Positions 28,166-38,350 are shown, numbered from the stretch's first letter. The stretch: 64,000 nucleotides of DNA from an uncultured virus (IMG/VR IMGVR_UViG_3300044707_000881) (IMGVR_UViG_3300044707_000881); one strand, 5' to 3'. The notes: generated by a model not told the origin, from the sequence alone. Translations and numbers: made by a program.

Positions 28166-29082
28166 CTTGCAGGATGACTAATCCCTTCTGAGGGATTGAA
28201 ACAATGATACTGGTAACACGTTCTCTTGGTTGTTTACCTTGCAGGATGACTAATCCCTTCTGAGGGATTGAAACCAGCCTGGAGAGGGAATTTCAGCAAG
28301 AATTAGAACTTGCAGGATGACTAATCCCTTCTGAGGGATTGAAACTCCTTGCCAGAAATTAAGGAACAGTGCGAGATGATGACTAGCTTGCAGGATGACT
28401 AATCCCTTCTGAGGGATTGAAACTATCAGAATATTGATTAATAGATGTAGTGTAATGTGCTTGCAGGATGACTAATCCCTTCTGAGGGATTGAAACGACA
28501 GTATCCTTCATTGTGCTATTGGAAATAATGAGCTTGCAGGATGACTAATCCCTTCTGAGGGATTGAAACTAACCATTTGTTCTAGCAGTTGGTTTTCTGC
28601 TATGTTCTTGCAGGATGACTAATCCCTTCTGAGGGATTGAAACAACTTCCAAGAGGGCGCGGAGGTCAAGTCCAAACTTGCACTTGCAGGATGACTAATC
28701 CCTTCTGAGGGATTGAAACCACCAAAGGCAAGAATTAGCACAAGAATTTGTACCTTGCAGGATGACTAATCCCTTCTGAGGGATTGAAACTGTTTCCCGT
28801 CTCCCAGTTTGGCGAGTGCATCGGAATTGCTTGCAGGATGACTAATCCCTTCTGAGGGATTGAAACAGATCCTTTTGTGGGATTGATAGCAGCCCGTTGT
28901 ACTTGCAGGATGACTAATCCCTTCTGAGGGATTGAAACTTGACTTAATTCTATTCCCCCAAAAGATGACATTACTTGCAGGATGACTAATCCCTTCTGAG
29001 GGATTGAAACGCGCTAATTCTTTCACTGCAAATACTCCTATTGATCTTGCAGGATGACTAATCCCTTCTGAGGGATTGAAAC
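28166..29082 (+). CRISPR. CRISPR array: 13 identical 37-bp repeats, 12 spacers of 34-41 bp
   Basis: Repeat CTTGCAGGATGACTAATCCCTTCTGAGGGATTGAAAC at 28166, 28238, 28309, 28387, 28460, 28533, 28607, 28683, 28754, 28830, 28902, 28974, 29046. Confidence 0.99.
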
Positions 29083-29286
29083 TTGGATTGGTACGGACAT
29101 GACGACTACATAGTGCCAATCAACCCAGAATTTAAAGCAAGCGAATTGAATTATCAAGTTGCCGTAAAGCGTGGTGAAGTAAAACCATTTCCAATTGAGT
29201 AAAGTTATTTGGAATTTTACCTCAATTCCATCAATAGTTTGTCCGTTATATTTGCCTTTGGGAAGTTTATTTTTGAGTTGGTTCAC
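29038..29286 (-). CDS. Hypothetical protein whose 3' end runs through the last CRISPR repeat
   Basis: C-terminal VSIPQKGLVILQ is the repeat read on the minus strand. Confidence 0.4.
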   Translation of the reverse strand: MNQLKNKLPKGKYNGQTIDGIEVKFQITLLNWKWFYFTTLYGNLIIQFACFKFWVDWHYVVVMSVPIQVSIPQKGLVILQDQ

Positions 29287-29442
29287 GGTTTTTAATAATT
29301 GTATTAATCTATAACATTATACATACTTAAGATCAAAAAAAAGCCCCTGATTTCTCAGAGGCTAATTTCTAAAATGGCAGAAAATCGTATAAATTTCTTT
29401 TACCAGATAGACTTTCTCTACCACTTAAATTCCTCCAAAAGA

Positions 29443-29661
29443 TTAATCTTCATCAGCTTCATAGTCAGGGCGATCGCCAGTGAGTAGCTGAAATATTTCT
29501 TCAGCCGCGCAAAGAATTGATTTTTCTGTTGGATGCTGGGAATTAAAAAAATAGCCCGGATTTTGCCGTTTTGCATACCCTAGATACCCGTAGATGATCC
29601 AACAAAGGTCTTCAATAAACTCTTTTTGATTGCAGTCAAATGATGTGTCGATCTTCATCAT
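29443..29661 (-). CDS. Hypothetical protein
   Basis: 72-aa ORF. Confidence 0.55.
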   Translation of the reverse strand: MMKIDTSFDCNQKEFIEDLCWIIYGYLGYAKRQNPGYFFNSQHPTEKSILCAAEEIFQLLTGDRPDYEADED

Positions 29662-29769
29662 GCTATTTGCTCTTTTGAATTAAATAAAACTTCTCCAACA
29701 AATCCTTTCTGTCTTTGATCGTTTGCGCGATCGCTCAAATATTTTAACTAAAGCGATCGTGCTAACTAA

Positions 29770-30792
29770 TTAAATTGATAAAACAATATCAATTATTTCT
29801 TGCGGATTTAACCGACTTGGTGTGTTCCAACCGCTTCCACCAACTGTTTTACGCCCTCCCCAACCGTCTGCATTAGGGTTAATTTTGCGTTCGGCTTCTG
29901 TCAAGGCTTCAAAAGTGCCTTGTGTGTAGTCTAGGGTTGAGAGTTTGGGGTGTAGCGGAATACAACCGATTGTGTAACTAAATCCTTTAAATTCGTTGTC
30001 TACGAATACTTCTCGCTGCGCTAGAGTAATCGGTGTTGCACAGTCGTGACCGTGATTTTCCCGAATAAAATCGTAGGCTTTTAACGCGCATCTTGGATCT
30101 ATATATTTACCTTGCAGTCCCTTATAATCAATTAACAAGGTGTCACGGTAAAACGTCACGCGATTTTCATTTAGTAAAAGTTGGGTATTTTCCTCAACCT
30201 TTTCCCAGTATTCCTTAGCTTCCCCACATTCTCCAGGGAATTTACGTTCACCCTTGCAAGCAGCTATTAGGGATTCTGTACCGCGTTGGAAAGCTAGAGA
30301 AGCATATTCTTCTTTTTGCTCAATTGTCCACTGTTTACGGTCTTTCGGAAGACCTAATTCAATAATTAAACTATCTGAATCGGATTTCATTGCTGCTACG
30401 CATTGAGCGGCAAAGTTGGATAGGTGCGACAATTCGGACGGAACGCCAAGATGATCACAGTCGTAAGCGATCGACCGGAGTTTGTTCAATGTTTCTTGGC
30501 TTAAATTATTAATCTGAAGATAAGCAGCAGCTACGCAAGCATCTGCATCAACCTGAGTAGTCACAATCAACCCTTGTAAATCAGAATTGATCATCAACTC
30601 ATTACTTTTAGGCATTTCATCAATCTGAATGTCTGCACCATCTTGGCGATGATGATCAAAATGGTAGTAATCCTCCCCTTTCATTGAGTTTATTAACCAT
30701 CCCGGAACAGTCCCATCAACCATGAAAACTTGGCATCCAGATGATGCTTTTTCTAAAACTTCTAAACGAGTTGTCACCAAATATTTGACCAT
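29770..30792 (-). CDS. DHH-like phosphoesterase family protein
   Basis: HFDHH, VDADA, C-terminal WGGR..VGGS. Confidence 0.6.
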   Translation of the reverse strand: MVKYLVTTRLEVLEKASSGCQVFMVDGTVPGWLINSMKGEDYYHFDHHRQDGADIQIDEMPKSNELMINSDLQGLIVTTQVDADACVAAAYLQINNLSQETLNKLRSIAYDCDHLGVPSELSHLSNFAAQCVAAMKSDSDSLIIELGLPKDRKQWTIEQKEEYASLAFQRGTESLIAACKGERKFPGECGEAKEYWEKVEENTQLLLNENRVTFYRDTLLIDYKGLQGKYIDPRCALKAYDFIRENHGHDCATPITLAQREVFVDNEFKGFSYTIGCIPLHPKLSTLDYTQGTFEALTEAERKINPNADGWGGRKTVGGSGWNTPSRLNPQEIIDIVLSI

Positions 30793-30939
30793 TTTGAATC
30801 CTTTTAGGTAAATTAATTAGCAGTTTAACGACTTACTCAGGTCAATTGATGTTTATTTCCTGCAAGCTCATAGGCATTTTCAACTAATTCTGCCACAGCT
30901 TCATAGGGCGTACATACTGTTTATACGCTGATTCCATAA

Positions 30940-32880
30940 TTATTCTCCCTGTTCAATAAATAAACAACTAATTCTCTCGTCCTGCGACACCATTGATGCT
31001 GTCGTTCTCGCTTGTGCTTGATCACCTTCATTGCTTGGAAGAAAACCCATGACAAGCAATTTATATTCATTACCAATACCATACAGGTGCAATTGTCCAA
31101 CCGCTTGGTAAATTGTATCTCTGGTCAGATATTTTTTGACTTCAACAATAGTACCGCCATCAAAATCAGTGGCAATATCAATGAAACCGCCATTACTTTT
31201 AACTTCTGTTTGCGCCTGATAACCGTGTTCAATTAGTCGGGATGCGATCGCTTTTTGTAAATCTTCCTCCCGCCATTTTTCAGGAAGTTGAAGATTAGCA
31301 GTAATTGTTCCCCAGGTAATATTTTCATCTGTTAATTCCAAGTTGTTTTTCAACAGCATTAAAGCATCGGCAGTTAAAGATATTCCAGTGACTTGTTGCC
31401 ACGCTTGAACTAACTCAGAATCGGTGGGGTTTCTGCCTAATTTGTCTATCCATGAGCCTATAACATGATAAGGATTTATGTCTTCTTTCGGTTGTGGTGT
31501 GTCTTGTGGTTTTTCAGTTTGCTCCAAATCATCAATATTAAATTGAGGAATCAAAGCAATATAAGGATTACCTTTAGTGGGAATTACTAGCGCATAGCGT
31601 ACACTTTGCTTATCAAGTAGTTCACAAACTTCTTTCAATAAGTCAAGAATATCACCTTTAACATTAAGAAAGTCGGATGGGTTACTTAATATGTAACTTG
31701 ATACTTTACCCAGTGCAATAAAGCAAATATTCTTGTAACTGGGACGACTAAAACCTGTGCATCCACTTAACGGATTTTGCCCCATGAACACGCCGTGAAT
31801 CTTCATTGCGGCTGTGAAATTAATGATGTAATTCCACATTCCCTGCAAGTTAAGTGCGGTTTCTTTGGTTACTTGTTTTTTGCCTGTTCCTGGTAGTCCC
31901 TTCCCTCCACCGTAGACGACATTTACTTCATCCTGAATCAAGAATATTTCTGATAGACCCGTACCTTTCTGATTGTGTTCAAATTGCTGTTGCCTCTCAT
32001 CAATTATCTTGGTAGCGAAAGTTATCCATTCTGGCAATGATTCCAGTCCCTCAAACTTTTTAGAGAACTTGCACAACCAACGGGTGACAAAATTCTTGGG
32101 GTCACTCCCAATCACATAAGCAGCACCTTGTGATTGAGCCGCAATCTTATTAATGATTACCCCTGCCAGAGTTGATTTACCAGACTGAGTTTCACCCCAT
32201 AATCCAAAGTGGTGGTTAGCCCTATTCCCCATATCCTGAACTGCGGAACTATCACACAATTCATCAATCCAATTATCATCAATTCTGATGTATTCGGGGT
32301 ATTCTGTAGCTAATTCTTCCAATACAGCCATCACACCAGGATTGATAATTGCCTGAACCGCATCCTCATTAAATTCCGCTACTTCAGGACTAGGGATACC
32401 GCGAGAACTGGGGAGTTGCTTTGGTTCGATTACAGCTTGTTGAACTTGTGGGATTTCTACTAATCCATGTAACCTGTATTCTTCCATCCATCGTTGACGT
32501 TCGTGCGGTGGCAATGAATTGATTCGGGCTGCTAAATCCCTCTTGGCTTCAATTTTCCGCATAGAGAGTTCATAATTAAGAGTCTCTCTAAGCCCATCTT
32601 TAACTATTTGATAATTAGCTTCATCAATACTTTGGTAAGTTTTTTCCTTACGTTGTCTGCGAAAACATTCTGCTGTGAAACAAGTCGCAAAAGACAGCCC
32701 CGCTATGTTTTCAATTAGCTTTACTTCCTTGATTTGATTTGGCCACAAAATAGGTAAAACTGTACCAACTGCGGCTGCAATTCCGAGCGCTCCCAACAAT
32801 ATGCGCTCGGACGTTATTAGTGGCTCAAAGCTGTTTTTCTGTTGTGCAAACGGGTTGGCTGATTGCATCATGTCATCCAC
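30940..32880 (-). CDS. Membrane-anchored FtsK/TraB-like P-loop ATPase with C-terminal PD-(D/E)XK domain
   Basis: N-terminal hydrophobic helices, GETQSGKS, LIQDE; FIDI...IVEVK...AVGQL. Confidence 0.7.
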   Translation of the reverse strand: MDDMMQSANPFAQQKNSFEPLITSERILLGALGIAAAVGTVLPILWPNQIKEVKLIENIAGLSFATCFTAECFRRQRKEKTYQSIDEANYQIVKDGLRETLNYELSMRKIEAKRDLAARINSLPPHERQRWMEEYRLHGLVEIPQVQQAVIEPKQLPSSRGIPSPEVAEFNEDAVQAIINPGVMAVLEELATEYPEYIRIDDNWIDELCDSSAVQDMGNRANHHFGLWGETQSGKSTLAGVIINKIAAQSQGAAYVIGSDPKNFVTRWLCKFSKKFEGLESLPEWITFATKIIDERQQQFEHNQKGTGLSEIFLIQDEVNVVYGGGKGLPGTGKKQVTKETALNLQGMWNYIINFTAAMKIHGVFMGQNPLSGCTGFSRPSYKNICFIALGKVSSYILSNPSDFLNVKGDILDLLKEVCELLDKQSVRYALVIPTKGNPYIALIPQFNIDDLEQTEKPQDTPQPKEDINPYHVIGSWIDKLGRNPTDSELVQAWQQVTGISLTADALMLLKNNLELTDENITWGTITANLQLPEKWREEDLQKAIASRLIEHGYQAQTEVKSNGGFIDIATDFDGGTIVEVKKYLTRDTIYQAVGQLHLYGIGNEYKLLVMGFLPSNEGDQAQARTTASMVSQDERISCLFIEQGE

Positions 32881-33175
32881 CTATTGTGATTCCAATAATT
32901 AGCGCGACTGTAGCCGCAGTTCCAAAAACATAGGTTGGGGCAAATCCTACAATTGATTGATTTTTATTCAGATGCCCGGCGGACTTGTACCACAGCCCAC
33001 ACCAATTATAAAAACCAAGCCCGACAAATATCAAAATTGAGAACAAGTATAAGGCGATCGCCCCATTCTTGGATTCAGGGAATCCCCGAATAATTTGCCC
33101 CAACAAAAGGAAGAACGATGCGCCAGTTAAGAAGTATCCAAAATAGAGTAAATTTTTCATTTTCGCATTTCCCAT
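32873..33175 (-). CDS. Small membrane protein
   Basis: Three hydrophobic segments. Confidence 0.65.
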   Translation of the reverse strand: MGNAKMKNLLYFGYFLTGASFFLLLGQIIRGFPESKNGAIALYLFSILIFVGLGFYNWCGLWYKSAGHLNKNQSIVGFAPTYVFGTAATVALIIGITIGG

Positions 33176-33253
33176 TGAAGATACAAGATCATGCCTAAAA
33201 ATAATGCAACTAATAGAATGATAATTATACCCTTTGCATCTGGAACTATCATT

Positions 33254-33736
33254 TTAATCTCCCTGTTTGCTTGCTATATAGAAAACATTTGCACAACCAA
33301 AAGCTACCTCTGATCCCAACACAAATACACCGCACAACACTTTAAGAAACAATAACTTGGGATTGCCAAGTTGAATAAGATTGACTTGATAATCAAACCA
33401 AAAAGTGTAAGCAGAAATCAGCAAAAAAGCACCTATTCCCAAGAAAGATACTATATCTACAACCTGCTTAACCTCTTTGTCTGACTTCGGTTTTTCAAGA
33501 ATTTTTATCAATACTCTAGGGTCAAATAACACCGTAATAGTTGCGCTTTCAACTCCTAAAATCAGAGCTATTGATACACAAGTTGCAAAAGTTTTTTGCC
33601 ACTGATCAATGCCTTTCATTAAATTCCAAAAATACGGAAATAAGGTGAATCCGTTGTAGAAAAATATAGCCCAACCTACTTTATTAAAAATTGAGCTAAG
33701 ACTACCATCTGCTTCAGCATTTCTTTTAAAGAACAT
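33254..33736 (-). CDS. Membrane protein
   Basis: About four hydrophobic segments. Confidence 0.7.
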   Translation of the reverse strand: MFFKRNAEADGSLSSIFNKVGWAIFFYNGFTLFPYFWNLMKGIDQWQKTFATCVSIALILGVESATITVLFDPRVLIKILEKPKSDKEVKQVVDIVSFLGIGAFLLISAYTFWFDYQVNLIQLGNPKLLFLKVLCGVFVLGSEVAFGCANVFYIASKQGD

Positions 33737-34167
33737 TAGTTAAATATCTCCACACTTACTTGATAAGCTTCTGTAAAACCGTCTACATAAGCCTGGGTTG
33801 TGGCTGCGCCTAACATATATTGAGCAACTGTTTGATTATGCCCAGATTCAATTTCTCGCAACTTCTGATCTGCTTTCATTGTCACAGCAGCCCATTTAGT
33901 GTTTTTAGCGTGTAAATCTACCGCCTTGCCAAGTAGTTTTTCTTGTGTAGAAATAATGTCATCGGCTAGTTGCAATTCTGCGTCAACCTGTCCCATTTCA
34001 CGCTCCAAATTAACTACTTGCTGTGCTGATATTTCAGTGGGTAATTTCATCTTGGCTTTCACTCTAGCCATTGAATTACCCATGTTGCCGATAGCAGTTG
34101 GATTTTGCCCACTACCTGCTAATTTACCGGACTTGTCCGCAACTAATCCCCCGAAAAAATTCTCCAT
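33736..34167 (-). CDS. Coiled-coil hypothetical protein
   Basis: Coupled in operon. Confidence 0.65.
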   Translation of the reverse strand: MENFFGGLVADKSGKLAGSGQNPTAIGNMGNSMARVKAKMKLPTEISAQQVVNLEREMGQVDAELQLADDIISTQEKLLGKAVDLHAKNTKWAAVTMKADQKLREIESGHNQTVAQYMLGAATTQAYVDGFTEAYQVSVEIFN

Positions 34168-34531
34168 TATTCGCTACGCTCCCCTGCGTTTGTTGGTTTT
34201 TATTGAATGAAAGAAAAAGACATAAAAGACTGACTAAAATTGATGAAGCTAAAACGCAGAGAGTCATCATATCAACGTTTTTAGCTTGCTTTAGTATTTC
34301 CAATTCCTGTTTTCTGCTTGCGGCTCGATTATAGTCAGTAGTTGTTATTATCTGTCTGATTACGTTGTCATCAGCAACGCCCTCAAAATTAAATTCTCCA
34401 CTTGGCTTGACACTAACTTTTATCGGCTTTGGTTGCTCACCAATCGGTTTGGCGGTAAACTGTATCGGGTTGGGCTGGGTAATTGTCTCCTCCTCCCATA
34501 TGTCGGGGAGGTCTGGAAATAGCATAAACAA
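34124..34531 (-). CDS. Single-TM hypothetical protein
   Basis: C-terminal hydrophobic segment. Confidence 0.6.
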   Translation of the reverse strand: MFMLFPDLPDIWEEETITQPNPIQFTAKPIGEQPKPIKVSVKPSGEFNFEGVADDNVIRQIITTTDYNRAASRKQELEILKQAKNVDMMTLCVLASSILVSLLCLFLSFNKNQQTQGSVANNGEFFRGISCGQVR

Positions 34532-34590
34532 AAGCTCCTGTAAATAGAAAAGAAAGAATTAACACAGTGGGAATCATCCAGTTCGACGGT

Positions 34591-35133
34591 CTAATTATTG
34601 ACGATATCTGCAAAAGCCTCATCGAAGATTGATCCAATTTGTCCACGAAAAGACGCGGATTCATCGGCGTACTCCTGAAGTCCTGCGGAAACCTTGGAAA
34701 CAATGTTTGGACTGATTTGTTTGTAGCGATTTACAATTCTTGCTGCGGCTGCATTCTCAACTTCAGTTGATTTTCTATCTGATATTTCGTACATTGCATC
34801 AGATTCGTTTGCAACTGTAGCCCTGAGATTTTGAACAGCAACTTTCAGGTTTTCAATACCTTGATTGCTGGTGGTTGTCGCTGGGGTATTTTTCTTGTTT
34901 TTCTTCGCTTTAGGTTCTTCGTTTGTTGCCAGTTGTCCGTTATTCTCAACAGTAGTCAAACCAAAACCAGCATTTTCTTTATCAATTTCACCCGCTACAA
35001 ATTGAGCATTTGCATCATCTAAAGCAGCGGGGTCAATGTCGTATTGAGTGCAGATAGCTTGGGTTTTCTCCCAAACTTGCTCTATTGACATTTCCGACTT
35101 CATGAGACTTTTAACTAAATCTGCAACTGTCAT
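34591..35133 (-). CDS. Hypothetical protein
   Basis: 180-aa ORF with RBS GGGG. Confidence 0.65.
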   Translation of the reverse strand: MTVADLVKSLMKSEMSIEQVWEKTQAICTQYDIDPAALDDANAQFVAGEIDKENAGFGLTTVENNGQLATNEEPKAKKNKKNTPATTTSNQGIENLKVAVQNLRATVANESDAMYEISDRKSTEVENAAAARIVNRYKQISPNIVSKVSAGLQEYADESASFRGQIGSIFDEAFADIVNN

Positions 35134-35392
35134 TTTTCAATCCCCAATAATAATTTTTTGATTTCTTTCCTAACTGTGGCAGTAAAAGCGAGTAGTCCGG
35201 GTTTCGTCGTCCACTCGCTGTAGCTTCCGTCTGGTTCGTGTCGTCTGATAGTGAGAATAATTTCAGTTTCACTGTTTTGCATTAACTACCTCGGACTCAA
35301 CTTTTGTGGTGTGAATGTTATTCGCTGCCACTAATGAAAGTGGCGGAATTGCAAACAATAATAAGACAACGATTGCGGCTTCTAACTTAGAT

Positions 35393-35668
35393 TTAAACAT
35401 TGCTATCTCCTTGGTTATATTTCTCTAGTTCCAGTTGAATCATTTTCGCTTTGCCTCTAAAATTTCTGTATTTTACGACAAGCGATCGCACCAACTTTAA
35501 TCGCTCAATTTGCTCATCAGTCTCAATTGGCATCCCAGTCAATTTGCCTGTTTCTGAATCCATAAAACCGGAAAAAACATTCAAATGCTGGGATGCCAAC
35601 TTTAAATATCGCTGGAGTTGCCTTTCCCCTACACCTATCTTTTCCGCAACATCCTTCCTATTAGCCAT
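35393..35668 (-). CDS. HTH DNA-binding protein
   Basis: MANRKDVAEKIGVGERQLQRY; start at 35668 with RBS AGGA. Confidence 0.65.
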   Translation of the reverse strand: MANRKDVAEKIGVGERQLQRYLKLASQHLNVFSGFMDSETGKLTGMPIETDEQIERLKLVRSLVVKYRNFRGKAKMIQLELEKYNQGDSNV

Positions 35669-35674
35669 TTTCCT

Positions 35675-35737
35675 GATCTTGACTTTGATCTCGACTTTGA
35701 TCTTGACTTTGATCTTGACTTTGATCTTGGCTTTGAT
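35675..35737. repeat. 12-bp tandem repeat (GATCTTGACTTT) about 5 copies
   Basis: Read directly; encodes QSQD repeats in ORF 35661-35936 (-). Confidence 0.9.
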
Positions 35738-36329
35738 TCCACGCTCTCCAAACCTGTCTTTGCCCCCTTTCTGTTCTTTCTCCGCACAAATCATTGTTGA
35801 TTGTTACGGCTGCTTGTTTAGCTAAGGATCGTGAAACTCCTTTGCTTTCCAGCATTTCTTGAAAAAGCCTTGTTCTTGTCTTTTCCACTGATGTCTGCCT
35901 CATGTCTGGTATGTACCCAATATAAAGCCACCTCAAAAGGGTGGCTATAGGTTTACCTACATTTGTCGGTTCTTCTATTCAAATTGCCTTATTTAAAATA
36001 GCGATCACCCAGTCAGGACAATCTCTCTCAAACCATTTTTCTATAGTTTTTCTGGCAGGTGGTTGAACACCAGCGTCATTATAAAATTTCTCTAATTCAT
36101 AATAAATAGTTTGGATACATCTCGAAACGTACCCATGCTCTCCAGGATAGATACGTGCATCTTTCATAAGTTTGTCGGCGATCGCTTGGATTCTTGTAGT
36201 GGTTTGTGCCATGATTAGTTTACTCCTAGCAGGTAATGGCTGTTTGGGGTGAAAGTCCCCCTTTCCGGTTGTGTCGGATTGGGGGATTATTTTTTCAGTG
36301 TACATCATTCCCGCTAAATCTGTGCTAAC

Positions 36330-36731
36330 TTGATGGGACAATCTACAAATAATTTTATGGTGGAACGCAAAAAACCGCAGACAAAGCAAGAGCTAGAAGC
36401 CGATTCAGTCAATCACCCAGAACGGGGTAAAGTTGACGGAAAACCAGTTGTAAGCGATGCACCCCGCGAACTTAGAGGGTGCGTACCAGCCGAACTCAAA
36501 AGAAAATTCCTCAGAGTTATTGCCTGTTATGGGCTTGATAATTCTGCTGGGGTGCAACAAGCGCTCACACTCTATTGGAACGAAAACAGAGAAGCGGTAG
36601 AATCTCACGAACGGCAAAAGTCTGAAGAGTTGGGAATTTCTGTTGCAGAAGTTCAGAAAAAAAGTTATGGACATTCCAAAGCTCGGAGTAGGCAGAAAAA
36701 ATTAAATTTAATGGGTGGTGACAATGAGTAA
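36330..36731 (+). CDS. Hypothetical (possible RHH-like) protein
   Basis: LRGCVPAELKRKF resembles an RHH beta-alpha unit. Confidence 0.5.
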   Translation: MMGQSTNNFMVERKKPQTKQELEADSVNHPERGKVDGKPVVSDAPRELRGCVPAELKRKFLRVIACYGLDNSAGVQQALTLYWNENREAVESHERQKSEELGISVAEVQKKSYGHSKARSRQKKLNLMGGDNE

Positions 36732-37239
36732 AATTCTATTTTTGGACTTAGATGGTACTGTCCGCAAAAGTAAATCTGGCGCGACTTTCATTAATGATCC
36801 CTATGACCAAGAATTGATTGATGGGGTGGAAGATGCGATCGCTCGCTACCACGACTACAAAATAATTGGGGTTACTAATCAAGGTGGCGTAATTGCTGGA
36901 CATAAATCGCTGGAGAACTGTTTTGAGGAGCAACGTCAAACCATGAAATTGTTACCTCAAATGAGTTTGCTGTTATTTTGCACGGATAACGGTGATACCA
37001 TGTTTCGACTCTCACAAAGAGCATTAGAAATGCACGGTATGCCGATTATGACTAATCGTTCTAATCATTTTGGCAACTTCAGAAAACCCAATCCAGGAAT
37101 GATTGTTTTTGGTATGAAATATTCCAGGGAAAAGCTGGAGGAAGTTTTGATGGTGGGAGATAGATCCGAAGATCAAGAATGTGCTGCTAATGCGAATATT
37201 CCATTTATGTGGGCGGAGGACTGGAGAAATGGTAAATAA
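36724..37239 (+). CDS. HAD-IIIA phosphatase (PNK 3'-phosphatase/GmhB-like)
   Basis: FLDLDGT, VTNQGG, RKPNPGM, MVGDRSED. Confidence 0.9.
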   Translation: MSKILFLDLDGTVRKSKSGATFINDPYDQELIDGVEDAIARYHDYKIIGVTNQGGVIAGHKSLENCFEEQRQTMKLLPQMSLLLFCTDNGDTMFRLSQRALEMHGMPIMTNRSNHFGNFRKPNPGMIVFGMKYSREKLEEVLMVGDRSEDQECAANANIPFMWAEDWRNGK

Positions 37240-37744
37240 CCAACCCGAAGGATATCCCCAGCGATGGGTGTGGGCTGCTTGCGCTCACATCTACGGCGAC
37301 CCGATAAGCGATCGCACTTGGAGAAAGTACAAGGATATATGCCAAGTCCCTGATTTTCGCAAGCTTAAAAAAGGAGAAGAACCGGTTATCAGCAAAACTC
37401 ATTGTCAATGGCTGATGATGTTGGCTTATATTCGGTTTGAGCAGAAACGGGAGAACGGAACTAAAAGACCAATGGGATGCAAAACTGGTGTGACCATTCA
37501 ACAAATTATCAAACGGTTAAACTCAAGTCCTGTTTTAAAAACTGAACTTGATAAGGCATTAGGTGATGCTGTAATTATTGATGGCATTAAAGGTTCGGAA
37601 GTACCAACATGGTTAGGTCGTCAAATCGGCAAGTCTCCAACAATTAAAACTCTCAGGCGTTGGGCAAAAAAGCACAATCTGAAGTTCTCAACTCATCTGC
37701 CTGTTCCGGTAGAAACGTTAGATACATTTTTGCGAATAGCGTGA
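37181..37744 (+). CDS. Hypothetical DNA-binding protein
   Basis: Two HTH-like segments (ISDRTWRKY, PTIKTLRRW); true start probably later. Confidence 0.5.
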   Translation: MLLMRIFHLCGRRTGEMVNNQPEGYPQRWVWAACAHIYGDPISDRTWRKYKDICQVPDFRKLKKGEEPVISKTHCQWLMMLAYIRFEQKRENGTKRPMGCKTGVTIQQIIKRLNSSPVLKTELDKALGDAVIIDGIKGSEVPTWLGRQIGKSPTIKTLRRWAKKHNLKFSTHLPVPVETLDTFLRIA

Positions 37745-37840
37745 CTTTCGTGAATTGCGCCAATAAATAAAAACCCACTAAAATTAATGCAATTTAGTGG
37801 GTTCATTTATGCCTAGTATTGATTCTACGGTTGGGAAAGT

Positions 37841-38350
37841 ATGCCGTTATTTAGGGTGAGAATAGATAGCGATCGCTCAGAACCCCCCAATCAACAAGTA
37901 TTTAAAGCAGGGACACGCGATCGGCACGATTCAATTGATTTACTAAACAGGGGTAATATGGACTCATTTAGGCTCTTAATCCAACTCAAGAAGCAAGAAA
38001 AAGAACTCGCGGAGAAAATCAAGTCGGTTCAAAAAATGGCTATTGAAGATGCCATGTCTTTCGGTAAGACCGGACAAATTGACACAATTGATGGCGCAAA
38101 AGTTGTTTTTAAATTGGTGGCAGTCAAACCCAAGCCGACAAACGAAATTCAAATAATGATGGAGCATTTGGAATTTGTCAGGGAAAATCTGCAAAAGTCT
38201 AACTCTTCCCGTATCGCTGAATTGAAGGCAGAATTAGAAGCGCTCACCACGAATCCAGAAATTCAGGAAATAGAGTTGGAAATAGATGCGGCTATGGGAG
38301 CGATCGCGTCTGAGAAAGTTGGTCAAATTGCGATTACGTTACCAAAATAG
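37841..38350 (+). CDS. Coiled-coil hypothetical protein
   Basis: ORF followed by a terminator at ~38355. Confidence 0.55.
   Translation: MPLFRVRIDSDRSEPPNQQVFKAGTRDRHDSIDLLNRGNMDSFRLLIQLKKQEKELAEKIKSVQKMAIEDAMSFGKTGQIDTIDGAKVVFKLVAVKPKPTNEIQIMMEHLEFVRENLQKSNSSRIAELKAELEALTTNPEIQEIELEIDAAMGAIASEKVGQIAITLPK

Noticed and set aside
28275..28308. Spacer 2 matches 46948-46967 at 18 of 20 nt (possible self-targeting)
   Set aside because: Only part of the spacer matches, the flanks do not, and both mismatches are at first codon positions; plausibly chance. No full self-match was seen by eye for any spacer, but no computed search was done.
28735..29119. ORFs 28735-28971 and 28766-29119
   Set aside because: They are translations of CRISPR repeats and spacers.
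35669..35794. KIKV-repeat N-terminal extension of ORF 35393-35794
   Set aside because: It is a reading of the 12-bp tandem repeat; a better start with RBS is at 35668.
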